Positions 9,866 to 20,320 of a stretch of DNA of 60,834 nucleotides are shown piece after piece; the first letter of the stretch is position 1; each line of letters opens with the position of its first letter. The stretch comes from Fidelibacterota bacterium. Its GTDB lineage: Bacteria; Fidelibacterota; UBA8477; JABMPR01. The stretch lies in the NCBI GenBank assembly GCA_034716895.1, contig JAYEKW010000114.1:18470-79303 (forward strand), written 5' to 3'. The position numbers and the translations under genes are program-made. The notes beneath the pieces were generated by a model that saw only the letters and a program-made list of their open reading frames with translations, was not told the DNA's origin and did no database searches.

Positions 9866-11116
9866 TTATTGTTGTGCTGCTTTCGGTGATTGTACTTTTA
9901 AGAGGAAGAGCGTGAGACCTGCTGCAACCAAAGCCATTGAAAGTATATATAAGGTGGCATGACCAAAAGTTTCCACAATTAATCCTGCTACAGAAATATA
10001 GACAATTATGAATGGCGCCACCGCTGTATCCAATGCAGCATAGTACAGTTTGCGATCTCCCTTTTCCCCGGCAAATTCGTAGATATAGACCATAAAGGAT
10101 GATTGCCCTGCACCAAAACCCATTCCTACAAAAACAAATGCCAGATAAGCCATCCATGGTTCTGTGGCGATCAAAGCCATAAAACCAGCCAGAAAATGAC
10201 CAATAAAAAATCCGCTGATAGCTAACTTGCGGCCATAAATATCACCCAGATACCCAAATAAAATATTGAAGATTGCCTGACCGACCACCAGGAAAAAAGT
10301 GAAGGTACCGGCAGCACTTAATGGTAGATCAAAACGCGCCTGAAGGTCTACACCATAAAAAGCCAGGGGCATCATAGTGGCGGCGGCAAGCGCCCGACTG
10401 ATGATGTAATTGCGAAAATTATGATCACTGACATAGATCGCTTTTAGCCTACGCCACCAATACTCAACCTGCCCTATCTTTGCAGTAGGTGGATGAATAA
10501 CGTTGATGGGCAAAAAAAAGCTGTTGCCTATAAAAATAGCTGCTGTCATGATCAAAAAAGCCACACCAAAATTTTGTGGAAACGTCAGGCTCTCCAAGGC
10601 CAGGACTTCTTTCAGCACATATCCGCCAACCATACCCATGATCCCACTCACAGTAAATGTTATTCCAAAAAAACGTCCACGCCGGGTAGCGACAGTGACT
10701 GATGCTAGAAAATCCGCCCAAATCGGAATCAGAAGACCAACACCAAGAGACCAGATAACCCAGAGAAGCAGGTAGACCATAACACCGGTTTGTCCTGTGA
10801 ATTCATATTTATAAAAAGCCAGGGCAATAAGTAAAGCAACTGGAGTAAGAGCAAAATGAAACCCGATATTTAATTTTTTAATATCGGATGCCTGATGAAA
10901 CAGGGCTGCAGACATCAACTGAGGAATGGCCACCAGCAGAACAAACCCCCCGGGAATGATTCCGATAATAAAGGCCGAGGCACCCATTTGAGCCAAAAAC
11001 ATTGGAATCACTGAATTCATATTGTGAAAAGCCATGGCAAAACCCCATAAGCCTTCACCAATGACATTGAAGATGGTATTGCGTGAGTGGATCTTCTGAT
11101 GGTTCATGCTTTCCAT
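9866..11116 (-). CDS. MFS transporter
   Basis: 416 aa with about 12 hydrophobic helices in a 6+6 arrangement. Confidence 0.7.
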   Translation of the reverse strand: MESMNHQKIHSRNTIFNVIGEGLWGFAMAFHNMNSVIPMFLAQMGASAFIIGIIPGGFVLLVAIPQLMSAALFHQASDIKKLNIGFHFALTPVALLIALAFYKYEFTGQTGVMVYLLLWVIWSLGVGLLIPIWADFLASVTVATRRGRFFGITFTVSGIMGMVGGYVLKEVLALESLTFPQNFGVAFLIMTAAIFIGNSFFLPINVIHPPTAKIGQVEYWWRRLKAIYVSDHNFRNYIISRALAAATMMPLAFYGVDLQARFDLPLSAAGTFTFFLVVGQAIFNILFGYLGDIYGRKLAISGFFIGHFLAGFMALIATEPWMAYLAFVFVGMGFGAGQSSFMVYIYEFAGEKGDRKLYYAALDTAVAPFIIVYISVAGLIVETFGHATLYILSMALVAAGLTLFLLKVQSPKAAQQ

Positions 11117-11359
11117 GCCACAATGTAATCGAGGGGCTTGATGTCCAAAACGATATGCAATTATTTTCTAACCACAACGCTGAGAATACAGAGGCGATTT
11201 GTGGTTTGACTGTAGCAAGGTATTGCTCTGCAGCAACTAATAGTTCTCAAGCTGTTCTGTGAACCCAAAACACAGATATATTCCAGTCCGAACTGTATTA
11301 AATATTATTTTGAATCTGCCCTTTTATGTGAAACATTTGCGGCTGACCCAGGAGAACGC

Positions 11360-11995
11360 ATGTCCATATTTATTGACTCAACAAATCTACAACATCTTCA
11401 AACTGTTTCGGATAAGGGATGGATCAAAGGCGTCACCACCAATCCTTTACTGTTAGCCCAGTCAGGGATGCTGGTTGACAGCTTGCTTTCGGCGATCAAA
11501 CAATTAACATCTGGCCCCATATTTTATCAGCTCACGTCCACCCACTTTGAGCAGATGATTGCTGAAGCCTATCAAGTGCAAGAAATTCTGGATAAACAAT
11601 TAGTCCTTAAGTTACCGCCTAGCGATCTGGGTTTTAATGTTTGCGCCCAACTCTCCTCAAAAATTGCCTGCTGTCCCACAGCGATCTATGCCCCTGCTCA
11701 AGCCCTGGTTGCCCGGGAAGCTGGCGCTCAATATCTTGCAGTATATGTGAACAGAGCTTCAAGACTCATGGGAGATGGCATTCAATTGGTGCGTGATATT
11801 GCAGCAGTACTTATCGGTAGTAATACTGCATTGCTGGCGGCCAGCCTCAAGTCACCAGCAGAAGCTGTTGATGCTTTCACATCAGGTGCACAACACCTGA
11901 CGCTTCCTTATGAAACCTTGATTCAAATGACCCAGCATGAGTTAAGTAACGCTGCAATAGATGAGTTTCGAAAAGATGGTATTGGTTTTGTTTAA
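11360..11995 (+). CDS. Transaldolase-family protein (short, fructose-6-phosphate aldolase/TalC-like)
   Basis: MSIFIDSTNLQHLQ...GVTTNPLL N-terminus, a 211-aa length, and VLKLP around the Schiff-base lysine. Confidence 0.8.
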   Translation: MSIFIDSTNLQHLQTVSDKGWIKGVTTNPLLLAQSGMLVDSLLSAIKQLTSGPIFYQLTSTHFEQMIAEAYQVQEILDKQLVLKLPPSDLGFNVCAQLSSKIACCPTAIYAPAQALVAREAGAQYLAVYVNRASRLMGDGIQLVRDIAAVLIGSNTALLAASLKSPAEAVDAFTSGAQHLTLPYETLIQMTQHELSNAAIDEFRKDGIGFV

Positions 11996-12021
11996 TCCCG
12001 ATAAACCATTGAAATGGTTTT

Positions 12022-12885
12022 TTATACCAGCCCCAACAGAATCGATCTGTATTTGGCTTCCGCATCATCAGAACGACTGAGTAGAATAATGGGCACCCTG
12101 GCACCAACGATAACACCACCTACCTTACATCCACCTAAAATAGACAAGCCTTTGACCAGATGATTTGCCGCCGTGGTATTAGGCATCAGAAAGACATCTA
12201 CTTCACCGGCAATCTCAGAATTCAGCCCCTTGAGTCTGGCGGCATCCACAGAGAGAGCTACATCTGGAGCAATCGGTCCTTCGATCCGATATTCTGAACC
12301 AAGTCTTGCTACTACATTCTGAGCAATGACTGTCTCCGGTATCTTTTGGTTCACTTTTTCGATCAGCGTCAGCATGGCAAAACGAGGTTCTTCAATTCCA
12401 AGTCGTTGCATATAATCAGCAATATTTTGAACCATGTGACAATAAGTTTGCTCATCAAACTTGAGATTAATACCGCCATCGCTGATGAAAAGCAGTTTGT
12501 GGTAGGAGGGCGACTCTATGACAGCAATATGATTGAGTAGCTCACCTTTTCTTAAACCGGTCTCTCTATTCAAAACTGCTTTTAGCAGGTCTCCTGTCGG
12601 AAGCTTGCCCTTCATCATGAGATCTGCCTGCCCCTGATTGATCAGAGCTACAGCAGTTTCAGCAGGCATTCGTGAATCAATGATCTCGAACTTAGTCTCT
12701 ACACCAGAGATCAAAGATTGAATATTAGCTTGGTCCCCTATCAGGATAAAATGAGCCAATCCTTCGTTTTGTGCTCTTCCGGCAGCTTCAATAAGAATGG
12801 GGTCATCAGCCGCCACCAAAGCAACTTTTTTGGGCTTAGCACCTTGAACCAGACGGTGCAGCTCGTCAAATGTTGAGACCATCAT
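12022..12885 (-). CDS. Phosphate acetyl/butyryl-transferase family protein (PTA_PTB)
   Basis: 287 aa. KKVALVAADDPILIEAAGRAQNEGLAHFILIGD and C-terminal LLSRSDDAEAKYRSI are typical of the family. There is no adjacent acyl kinase. Confidence 0.7.
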   Translation of the reverse strand: MMVSTFDELHRLVQGAKPKKVALVAADDPILIEAAGRAQNEGLAHFILIGDQANIQSLISGVETKFEIIDSRMPAETAVALINQGQADLMMKGKLPTGDLLKAVLNRETGLRKGELLNHIAVIESPSYHKLLFISDGGINLKFDEQTYCHMVQNIADYMQRLGIEEPRFAMLTLIEKVNQKIPETVIAQNVVARLGSEYRIEGPIAPDVALSVDAARLKGLNSEIAGEVDVFLMPNTTAANHLVKGLSILGGCKVGGVIVGARVPIILLSRSDDAEAKYRSILLGLV

Positions 12886-12914
12886 AATCCCAGGAAAAGA
12901 ATGATGATCAATTG

Positions 12915-13508
12915 TTAATCACTGAGGAAAGAACGGATACCAAATTTGATCAGAAGTTGTTGAGTATCTATATCTTCGACAGCAGTCCCTTTTTCAAAAT
13001 TGTATTCCGCTTCAACGGACAGTCCCACATTTTTTGCCAGATTCAATAAGACACCGACGCTGGCGGTTAAACCCAACTCGGTATTATCTCGTCCCTGTTC
13101 ATCATCATCGATATAGGATTTATTGATCAGGTAATTGGCACCACCTTTCACAAAAGGGGTCAGCTCACTGTTCTTGCCACCCAGAAAAAAGTAGGCTCTT
13201 GGTCCTAAAAACATGACCACATCTTCCTCAACCGTAGGATCGTCCATATCTCCAGACTCATCCATGGACTTTTGGTATCCAAACTCGATCCCGCCTGCTA
13301 ATTGGGGAAAGAGGAACAGGGCTCCATCAACACCCAAATTCCAAGCTGAACTTTTTAAATCCTGGCCAAGATCAGTTGTATAGGTTCCTGATCCTGAGAT
13401 CATGATGGTGCCGGAGCCACGTGATGTTGAATATGATGAGGGAGGGCTGGCGGCCATAATGCTACCTGCAACTGTGAGAGTGATTAAAAGGACGATGATT
13501 TTTTTCAT
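12915..13508 (-). CDS. Outer-membrane beta-barrel (porin-family) protein
   Basis: Signal peptide MKKIIVLLITLTVAGSIMA, alternating beta-strand pattern, and an aromatic residue near the C-terminus (IRSFLSD). Confidence 0.6.
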   Translation of the reverse strand: MKKIIVLLITLTVAGSIMAASPPSSYSTSRGSGTIMISGSGTYTTDLGQDLKSSAWNLGVDGALFLFPQLAGGIEFGYQKSMDESGDMDDPTVEEDVVMFLGPRAYFFLGGKNSELTPFVKGGANYLINKSYIDDDEQGRDNTELGLTASVGVLLNLAKNVGLSVEAEYNFEKGTAVEDIDTQQLLIKFGIRSFLSD

Positions 13509-13626
13509 GTTATACTCCTTTGGTTTGTTATCAATAATAAATCGTTGAAAATTACTCTATCAATTCATCAATTGTGTGATTGTTATCATTTATTAATCGG
13601 GCTGTGATGTCAAACACATCTTTAGA

Positions 13627-13977
13627 TCAATCGGTTTGTCTGAATTTGGTGATGGTTACTGTCGTTCTGGTCATCAACCCTTCTGTAAGCATGGGTTCGA
13701 TGCGCTCAACAAAATCATCGATCTTCTCTGCCCGACCAATAAACTCCAGTACCAACGGTAAATTCTCAGCCAGGCGCAGGATCTTGATAGAGTGGATCTC
13801 ACCATGTGCTCCAAATCCTTCTCGTCCTCGAATAACCGTACCACCTGATAAACCACTTTTAAGCGCTACTTCCAAAAGCAGTTCCTGAAGTGCTCTGCCC
13901 TCATGTTTGTCATTTTCACCAATAAAGATGCAAAGCTTTTGACCTGAGTATTCTTCTCGCATAATTACCTCAAACAT
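13627..13977 (-). CDS. DUF190 (UPF0166, PII-like) protein, a typical crcB companion
   Basis: GRALQELLLEVALKSGLSGGTVIRGREGFG block, and a position directly downstream of crcB. Confidence 0.75.
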   Translation of the reverse strand: MFEVIMREEYSGQKLCIFIGENDKHEGRALQELLLEVALKSGLSGGTVIRGREGFGAHGEIHSIKILRLAENLPLVLEFIGRAEKIDDFVERIEPMLTEGLMTRTTVTITKFRQTD

Positions 13978-14051
13978 TCAGCTGGAAAGTCGCAGAGAAC
14001 ACACGGACCAAAAAATAAAGCGTTTTGGTGTTGTGGTGGCTTCCGCATTTA

Positions 14052-14429
14052 TCACCACAATTTAGCAATGCTAACCCCCGCCCACACAGCAATAAGTGTC
14101 CCCAATACATTGGTAAGGATATTGAAACCGGCAAACAACCACTCATTATTACGCATGAGGTTCAAAGTCTCTAACGAAAAGGTCGAATAGGTAGTAAAAG
14201 CTCCCAGAAGACCTACGAGAACGAAGAGACGCACTTCCTGACTCACAATTACTTTTTCTAGAAAGAGAGTCGCCAAAACCCCCAGAAGAAAGCTTCCAAA
14301 CAAGTTGACAGAAAGGGTTCCAAAGGGGAATCGATCACTCATTCTTTGAGCCAATCCGCTCACCCAATAACGGCTCACTGCACCGATAAATCCACCCAGG
14401 CCAACAGCCAGGATCTTACTAATATCCAA
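14052..14429 (-). CDS. crcB: Fluoride ion channel CrcB/FluC
   Basis: 125 aa with 4 TM segments; GGFIGAVSRY and GAFTTYSTFSLE motifs. Confidence 0.9.
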   Translation of the reverse strand: MDISKILAVGLGGFIGAVSRYWVSGLAQRMSDRFPFGTLSVNLFGSFLLGVLATLFLEKVIVSQEVRLFVLVGLLGAFTTYSTFSLETLNLMRNNEWLFAGFNILTNVLGTLIAVWAGVSIAKLW

Positions 14430-14433
14430 TATC

Positions 14434-15288
14434 CTAGACTTCCTTTTCTCTGAGTGGTGGTATTAGATACACTTCCTCAAACACCACAATATGCATTTGT
14501 TTGAAATAGAACCAACCGATAACAGATAAAATCACAGATAAGGTGATCCAGAGTATACCCAGGTCTGCCAAAGAGGTGACCTCCTCCAAATCAGTGATAA
14601 AAACACCAAAAAACGAAGAAAGATTAAATAGTCCATGAACCAGGATCGGAATGAAGATATTGCCGGTCTTGATCATGAGCCAAGCCAGTAGTATGGCCAA
14701 GGCGATCAACTCTATCAAGGCTGGCAGATAAAAAAGATAGGCAACATGGAACAGGGCAAAGATCACTGTGGGAACCACTATGGCAGGCATCAATGATCCG
14801 TAGCGGTAAAACAGACTCTGCTGCATGATCCCCCTGAAAATAAATTCCTCAACAAGAGGAGCTGCCAGTGTACTGGCTATGATCAAAACCAAATTATCAA
14901 TAAGATCAGCCCTGATAAGATCCGACTCGAGCTGTTTGAGAAAATCCGGGATCGGGAAATAGGGTAATACAACAACCTCAAATACAGAGACTAATCCAAT
15001 TACACCAGCGACAAGCACAATAGCCATGATAGCTGTCACTGGAGAAATTTGCTTTAAGGGTAGTACTTGTTGTAGCTTTACATTTCTTTGTTTTAAGATC
15101 AGAAGCGGTGGTAGCAGAATTGCCAGTTCGCCCAACAGTACTACAATGCGCCCCAGGAGAGCTGCGTTTTCACGTCCTGAGAAGATACCCTGGAAGGCGA
15201 GACTAACGAATAGACCCATGAACATGCTGGTGGCGACCAGCAAATATGCTTCCCTGGTTGTAAAGATGTGTAGTGAGTTATGCTTCAT
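14434..15288 (-). CDS. CPBP-family intramembrane glutamic endopeptidase (CAAX protease-like)
   Basis: EEFIFRG, FALFHV and HGLFN motifs. The stop lies 4 nt from the crcB start. Confidence 0.8.
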   Translation of the reverse strand: MKHNSLHIFTTREAYLLVATSMFMGLFVSLAFQGIFSGRENAALLGRIVVLLGELAILLPPLLILKQRNVKLQQVLPLKQISPVTAIMAIVLVAGVIGLVSVFEVVVLPYFPIPDFLKQLESDLIRADLIDNLVLIIASTLAAPLVEEFIFRGIMQQSLFYRYGSLMPAIVVPTVIFALFHVAYLFYLPALIELIALAILLAWLMIKTGNIFIPILVHGLFNLSSFFGVFITDLEEVTSLADLGILWITLSVILSVIGWFYFKQMHIVVFEEVYLIPPLREKEV

Positions 15289-15430
15289 ATCAACGATGAT
15301 ATATTCTGAGTTAGACCGTGGTTATTTTAGCAATTGTTTCTATCCCGTATATTTCATGAAGCAGCACAATCTGACTTGTTCTTTTGCGCTCCCTCATGGA
15401 ATCTGCGGGCTATACTTGTTAAAATTATAA

Positions 15431-15474
15431 GGGGTGAAAATGAGGACTGTGTTTACAGCCACCATTCTCACCCC
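15431..15474 (-). terminator. Rho-independent terminator after rplI
   Basis: The minus strand reads GGGGTGAGAATG...CATTTTCACCCC (11 of 12 bp paired), followed by TTATAATTTT. Confidence 0.65.
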
Positions 15475-15495
15475 GAAAAGCAGTTTGCTTTCAGT

Positions 15496-15939
15496 TTACT
15501 CTTTGATGACCCAGATTTTTACTTCAGCCTTGATCTCTGAGGCAACTTTTATAGGAACATTATATATTCCCAGGGCCTTGAGGGGCTCTTCCAGCAAGAT
15601 ATCGCGTTTATCGATCTCATAGCCTTTATCAGCCAACAACGCGGCAATATCTGCAGCTGTAACCGCTCCAAAGACCTTGTCTTCTTCACCAACCTTGACG
15701 GAAGTTTCCAATGACAAGTTGCCCAGTTTGGCTGCCAATTGTTCTGCCTGAACAGTAGCCCGTGCATCCCGATTACTTTTCAGCTTTTTCTCTTCCTCAA
15801 AGACCCGAGAAAAACTGCGAGTCGCCGGGTAGGCCAGCTTCTGTGGAATCAGATAATTGCGACCAAAGCCATCTTTAACATTGACGGTTTCACCAGCGTG
15901 TCCTAAGGATTCGACGTCTTCACGTAAAATTACTTTCAT
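15496..15939 (-). CDS. rplI: 50S ribosomal protein L9
   Basis: MKVILREDVESLGHAGETVNVKDGFGRNYLIPQKLA. Confidence 0.95.
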   Translation of the reverse strand: MKVILREDVESLGHAGETVNVKDGFGRNYLIPQKLAYPATRSFSRVFEEEKKLKSNRDARATVQAEQLAAKLGNLSLETSVKVGEEDKVFGAVTAADIAALLADKGYEIDKRDILLEEPLKALGIYNVPIKVASEIKAEVKIWVIKE

Positions 15940-15955
15940 GATCAGATCCTTTCCA

Positions 15956-16189
15956 TTAGGCGTTTTTTACATCGTTGGTGTACGGCAGCAGTGCGATATT
16001 CCTCGCCCTTTTGATAGCCGTTACCAAAGATCGCTGATGACGAGCACAGGTTCCCGTAATGCGACGAGGCAATATCTTACCCTGTTCGGTAACAAAGCGA
16101 CGCAGCATGGCCGGGTTCTTATAATCAATTTGCATTTTCTTGTTCTCACAGAATTTGCAGATCTTTTTTCTATAGGTGAACATTCTCAT
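15956..16189 (-). CDS. rpsR: 30S ribosomal protein S18
   Basis: [49 protein letters not shown]. Confidence 0.95.
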   Translation of the reverse strand: MRMFTYRKKICKFCENKKMQIDYKNPAMLRRFVTEQGKILPRRITGTCARHQRSLVTAIKRARNIALLPYTNDVKNA

Positions 16190-16220
16190 GTTGAATACTC
16201 TCTTTCTCTAATCCGGCCGA

Positions 16221-16820
16221 TCACTCTGCGTCAGCAGGTTTATCAGCTTCTTCTTTTGTGGGCTCATCGGCGGATTCAGTTACTTCCTCAGCTGCCGGAG
16301 CAACCTTTTCAGCAACTTCTTCAGCAACTTCTACAACAGTCTCATCCTTTACCGCTTCAGTAGCCTCTGTCTGTTCTACAGTTTCACTTTCAGCCGGTTT
16401 TTTAGCTTTCTCTGCTTCTGTGTTTTGCGGTTGGCTATCTTCATCATAGCGACGAGGTTTACGACTTCCATAAGCTGGTTTGCGACGATCGGTTTCAAAA
16501 GCTTGAGGTACAGACAGGGCCTCGAAATCAGGGAACTCACCCAGACGGATGGTCATATAGTGCAGCACCCCTTTTTCAATTTCAAACTCACGCTGAAGCT
16601 CAGTAACATCAGGATTCTCACCCTGAAAATGCAACAGGATATAATTGCCATAACGTTCTTTATCAATGGCGTATGCCAATTTCCGTTTGCCCCAATGTTG
16701 TGTGTTCACAACTTCGGCACCAACGTTTTTCAGAACCTCTTCTATTTTAGCAACAACGGCAGAGGTTCCCTCACTATCATAGTTGATATTTACAATATAA
16801 AGGCACTCATACTTTTTCAA
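16221..16820 (-). CDS. rpsF: 30S ribosomal protein S6 with a ~100-aa acidic C-terminal extension
   Basis: MKKYECLYIVN...HWGKRKLAY core, followed by an E/A/T/K-rich tail. Confidence 0.9.
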   Translation of the reverse strand: MKKYECLYIVNINYDSEGTSAVVAKIEEVLKNVGAEVVNTQHWGKRKLAYAIDKERYGNYILLHFQGENPDVTELQREFEIEKGVLHYMTIRLGEFPDFEALSVPQAFETDRRKPAYGSRKPRRYDEDSQPQNTEAEKAKKPAESETVEQTEATEAVKDETVVEVAEEVAEKVAPAAEEVTESADEPTKEEADKPADAE

Positions 16821-16832
16821 GAGCGAACCTCC

Positions 16833-18995
16833 TTAATAACCTATGGTTGCGATCAGAGGTGCAATCACCAATGCGACAACCGACATTAATTTTATCAGAA
16901 TATTCAGCGATGGACCAGAGGTATCCTTAAAGGGGTCACCTACAGTGTCACCAACTACGGCAGCTTTATGAACATCAGAACCTTTTCCATATTTGATTCC
17001 GTTGATCTCAACTCCGTTTTCAATCATTTTTTTGGCATTGTCCCAGGCACCACCTGAATTGGACTGAAAAATAGCCATCAGTACACCGGTAACAGTCACG
17101 CCAGCCAATACTCCACCCAGTGCCTCAGCACCAAAGATATAGCCAACAACGACTGGTGTCAGGATAGCCAACAAACCAGGAAGCATCATCTCTTTGATGG
17201 CGGCTTCAGTGGAAATAGTTACACATTTTCCATATTCAGCTTTGCCATCAGCAGCATCAAAGGTCTTTTGATCTTCGGCAGACATTTTCTCATCTTCTTC
17301 GTACTTTTTCATAACTGTCAAAGCAGCAGCCAGTTCAGGAATGGTCTTGAACTGACGACGTACTTCCTCAATCATGGCCATGGCGGCACGACCAACCGCG
17401 CCCATTGCCATTGATGAAAAGAGGAAGGGCAGCATCCCACCAACAAACAAGCCGGCCATAACACTTGGATCCGTGATATTAATGCTCATGGGGTCCCCTC
17501 CACGAATAGCATCCACGGTTGCGCGAAAAGCGGCAAACAAAGCCAGAGCAGTCAAAGCAGCAGAACCAATGGCAAAACCTTTACCAATGGCAGCTGTCGT
17601 GTTTCCTACTGCATCCAGTTTGTCTGTCCGTTTGCGAACTTCAGCTGGTAACTGAGCCATTTCGGCAATGCCGCCGGCATTGTCAGAGACAGGACCATAG
17701 GCATCGACTGCTAACTGCATACCGGTATTAGCCAGCATACCCAATGCAGCCATAGCAATACCATACAGACCGGCAAAATAAAAAGCACCCATGATACTGG
17801 CAGCAATGATTAGCACGGGAACAGCTGTAGACTGCATACCCACGCCAAGACCGGCGATCAGATTTGTAGCAGCACCAGTTTTTGACTGATTCACAATTGA
17901 ATTCACTGGTGAAGAATCTGTTCCAGTATAGTATTCTGTAATGAACCCGATACCTAGTCCAGCTATCAACCCGATGGTAGATGCCCAGAAAACACCATAA
18001 TTAGTATATTCTGCACCACCCAGGGTGAAAGTAGCCGGCAGCATCTTGGTGATCATAAAGTACATGACCACAACCATGATAGCCGATGATCCAAACTCGC
18101 CAATATTGAGACCCTTTTGCGGGTCACCACCCTCTTTTACAGCAACCATAAAAGTACCTGATATGGAAACCAGTATACCGGCTGCGGCGATGAGCAGGGG
18201 CAGAAAAACGAATTGGGGAGCTAGTGCTCCACTTACTACAATAGTGGCTCCTAAAACCATGGAACCAACGATTGAGCCAACATATGATTCAAAAAGATCA
18301 GCACCCATGCCAGCAACATCACCAACATTGTCTCCAACATTATCAGCGATAGTTGCAGGATTCAAGGGGTGATCCTCAGGGATACCGGCCTCAACTTTAC
18401 CAACCAGATCAGCACCAACATCGGCAGCTTTAGTATAAATACCACCACCAACGCGAGCAAACAAAGCAATGGAACTGGCTCCTAGAGAGAACCCTGAAAG
18501 CACAGACATTACCATACTTAGATCGGTAAAAATCTCACGATAGACCAGGAATAAACCGCCCAATCCAATGACACCTAATCCAACCACACTGAGGCCCATA
18601 ACTGACCCACCGGTAAAGGCAACTCCAAGCGCTTTCGACAAACTACTACGGGCAGCCTGGGCAGTTCTATAATTTGCTTTAGTGGCAACGCGCATTCCCA
18701 GAAAACCGGCTAAACCGGAAGCCAGGGCACCCACGATAAATGAAGCCGCTACCAGGGGACTTTTACCTTCACCACTATTGGCGATTCCCAACAGGATGGC
18801 AACTGCAATAATGAATATTGCCAAAACGCGATATTCCGCTTTCAGAAAAGCCATGGCACCATCAGAAATGTGCTTCCCGATCATAATCATCTTTTCCGAG
18901 CCTTCATCCTGCTTGGTAATCCAATCAGTACGCCAGAATGAAAATGCCAGCGCAACAAAACCCATGACAGGGACCCAAATCATCATGTCACTCAT
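16833..18995 (-). CDS. hppA: Membrane-bound ion-translocating pyrophosphatase (K+-dependent type)
   Basis: DNVGDNVGD and [16 protein letters not shown] motifs; Ala in GNTTAA marks the K+-dependent class. 720 aa, about 16 TM segments. An AAGGAGGA ribosome-binding site lies inside the pth 3' end. Confidence 0.95.
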   Translation of the reverse strand: MSDMMIWVPVMGFVALAFSFWRTDWITKQDEGSEKMIMIGKHISDGAMAFLKAEYRVLAIFIIAVAILLGIANSGEGKSPLVAASFIVGALASGLAGFLGMRVATKANYRTAQAARSSLSKALGVAFTGGSVMGLSVVGLGVIGLGGLFLVYREIFTDLSMVMSVLSGFSLGASSIALFARVGGGIYTKAADVGADLVGKVEAGIPEDHPLNPATIADNVGDNVGDVAGMGADLFESYVGSIVGSMVLGATIVVSGALAPQFVFLPLLIAAAGILVSISGTFMVAVKEGGDPQKGLNIGEFGSSAIMVVVMYFMITKMLPATFTLGGAEYTNYGVFWASTIGLIAGLGIGFITEYYTGTDSSPVNSIVNQSKTGAATNLIAGLGVGMQSTAVPVLIIAASIMGAFYFAGLYGIAMAALGMLANTGMQLAVDAYGPVSDNAGGIAEMAQLPAEVRKRTDKLDAVGNTTAAIGKGFAIGSAALTALALFAAFRATVDAIRGGDPMSINITDPSVMAGLFVGGMLPFLFSSMAMGAVGRAAMAMIEEVRRQFKTIPELAAALTVMKKYEEDEKMSAEDQKTFDAADGKAEYGKCVTISTEAAIKEMMLPGLLAILTPVVVGYIFGAEALGGVLAGVTVTGVLMAIFQSNSGGAWDNAKKMIENGVEINGIKYGKGSDVHKAAVVGDTVGDPFKDTSGPSLNILIKLMSVVALVIAPLIATIGY

Positions 18996-18996
18996 A

Positions 18997-19596
18997 TTAA
19001 TTTTCCTCCTTTATATCCTCAGTCACAGCTTTACGTGGATTCACATTGAAACGATTCATTGTATTATCAATGTCTTCCTTCAGCCAATACTCAAGAGCAT
19101 CGACTGCTTTTCCCAACTGTTCAGATAGGATATCTAATTCAACTTTTAAATAATTTTCCAAAACAAAATCTTCTGCAAGACGGCGCCCTTGTGAACCCCC
19201 GATCCCCATCCTTGTTCGGGGAAAACTCGGCGTATTCAAATGTGTGATGACTGATTGCATTCCCCGGTGAGTTCCGGCTCCGCCTTGTTTGCGAAAGCGA
19301 ATCTCAGGAAAAGGTATGTCCAGATCATCAAAAACGAGCATACAGTCCATCGGATCGATCTTGAAATAATCAGTTAAATGACGTACGGCCTGTCCACTAT
19401 GATTCATGTAAGTGGCGGGTTTCATCAGGACGGCATCCCATTGGGGACTTTTGGCAAAAACATAGCTGCCTTTGCCGGGCCGAAAAGTGACCTGCCAACG
19501 TTGAGCCAGTTCATCAACGACCATAAAGCCGGCATTATGCCTGGTTTTGGCATAGCGTTCACCCGGGTTTCCCAGTCCAATGATAGCTCGTGGCAC
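18997..19596 (-). CDS. pth: Peptidyl-tRNA hydrolase
   Basis: [20 protein letters not shown]. Confidence 0.95.
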   Translation of the reverse strand: MPRAIIGLGNPGERYAKTRHNAGFMVVDELAQRWQVTFRPGKGSYVFAKSPQWDAVLMKPATYMNHSGQAVRHLTDYFKIDPMDCMLVFDDLDIPFPEIRFRKQGGAGTHRGMQSVITHLNTPSFPRTRMGIGGSQGRRLAEDFVLENYLKVELDILSEQLGKAVDALEYWLKEDIDNTMNRFNVNPRKAVTEDIKEEN

Positions 19597-19622
19597 AGTA
19601 CGTCTCTTAAAAAAGTGATTAA

Positions 19623-20294
19623 TTATTCTTTTTTACTTTCATCAGAACTGTCAGAGCTATCAGAGTCCTCGGAACCTTCTTCATCTTCGAATTCCAACTC
19701 ATCCTCATCCACTTCAACAACAGCTTCTTCCATTTTCTGCGGTATAACCACAGATACGATAGTGATGTCATCTGCTATCAGGATTTCATAAGTATCGCTT
19801 GTGATCTCAGCAGCATGAATAGCGTCTCCGATATTCAATTCAGAAACATCCACTTCTATAGAATCAGGTACATCTTCACCCTTACAACTAACTAAAACTT
19901 CGTGAATCGGTTGCTGAAGAAGACCACCTTCTTGTACACCAAGAGGGGTTCCAATAGCGATGACTGGTACCGGAATTTCAATAATGTCGCGTAAACGAAC
20001 ACCTAGAAAATCCATATGTAAGATTTTTTCTGTGACTGGATGCCACTGAACATCTTTCACCATTGCGCGAAGTTGTTCGCCATCAATAGTGATATTAAAG
20101 ATCTTTTCTCTTGAGTGCAATGCCTCGCGGAGGTGTGTTTCGGTCATAACGAATGAATGTGCTGGATCACCCTTTGAATAAAAATTCACGGGGACGTAGC
20201 CCTTCTTTCGAAGCTCTTTGGTAGCTTTTCTGCCGAAATCACTTCTCTGCTCAACTTGCAATTCAAAACGTTCTTTGGTTTTTGCTTGAGCCAT
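19623..20294 (-). CDS. rplY: 50S ribosomal protein L25/general stress protein Ctc with an acidic Ser/Asp/Glu tail
   Basis: Ctc-type two-domain L25, located between prs and pth. C-terminus is EDEEGSEDSDSSDSSDESKKE. Confidence 0.85.
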   Translation of the reverse strand: MAQAKTKERFELQVEQRSDFGRKATKELRKKGYVPVNFYSKGDPAHSFVMTETHLREALHSREKIFNITIDGEQLRAMVKDVQWHPVTEKILHMDFLGVRLRDIIEIPVPVIAIGTPLGVQEGGLLQQPIHEVLVSCKGEDVPDSIEVDVSELNIGDAIHAAEITSDTYEILIADDITIVSVVIPQKMEEAVVEVDEDELEFEDEEGSEDSDSSDSSDESKKE

Positions 20295-20320
20295 TTTCTT
20301 ACTTCCTTTATCTCTATATA

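Noticed and set aside
15289-15430. Possible fluoride riboswitch upstream of the CPBP-crcB-DUF190 operon
   Set aside because: The minus-strand sequence has no match to the conserved crcB-motif core by eye. The only strong structure nearby (15431-15474) is the rplI terminator.
17374-19128. Several 70-150-aa plus-strand ORFs antisense to hppA and pth (17374-17655, 17519-17731, 18025-18372, 18682-19128)
   Set aside because: These are shadow ORFs opposite a strongly conserved, Gly/Ala-rich membrane protein gene. Their composition is Ala/Pro/Thr/Ser-rich and low in complexity. The same reasoning applies to other internal or antisense ORFs in the track, for example 3478-3867, 15857-16363, 20433-20825, 23929-24384, 35769-36077, 49437-49937, 50759-51154 and 56642-57112.
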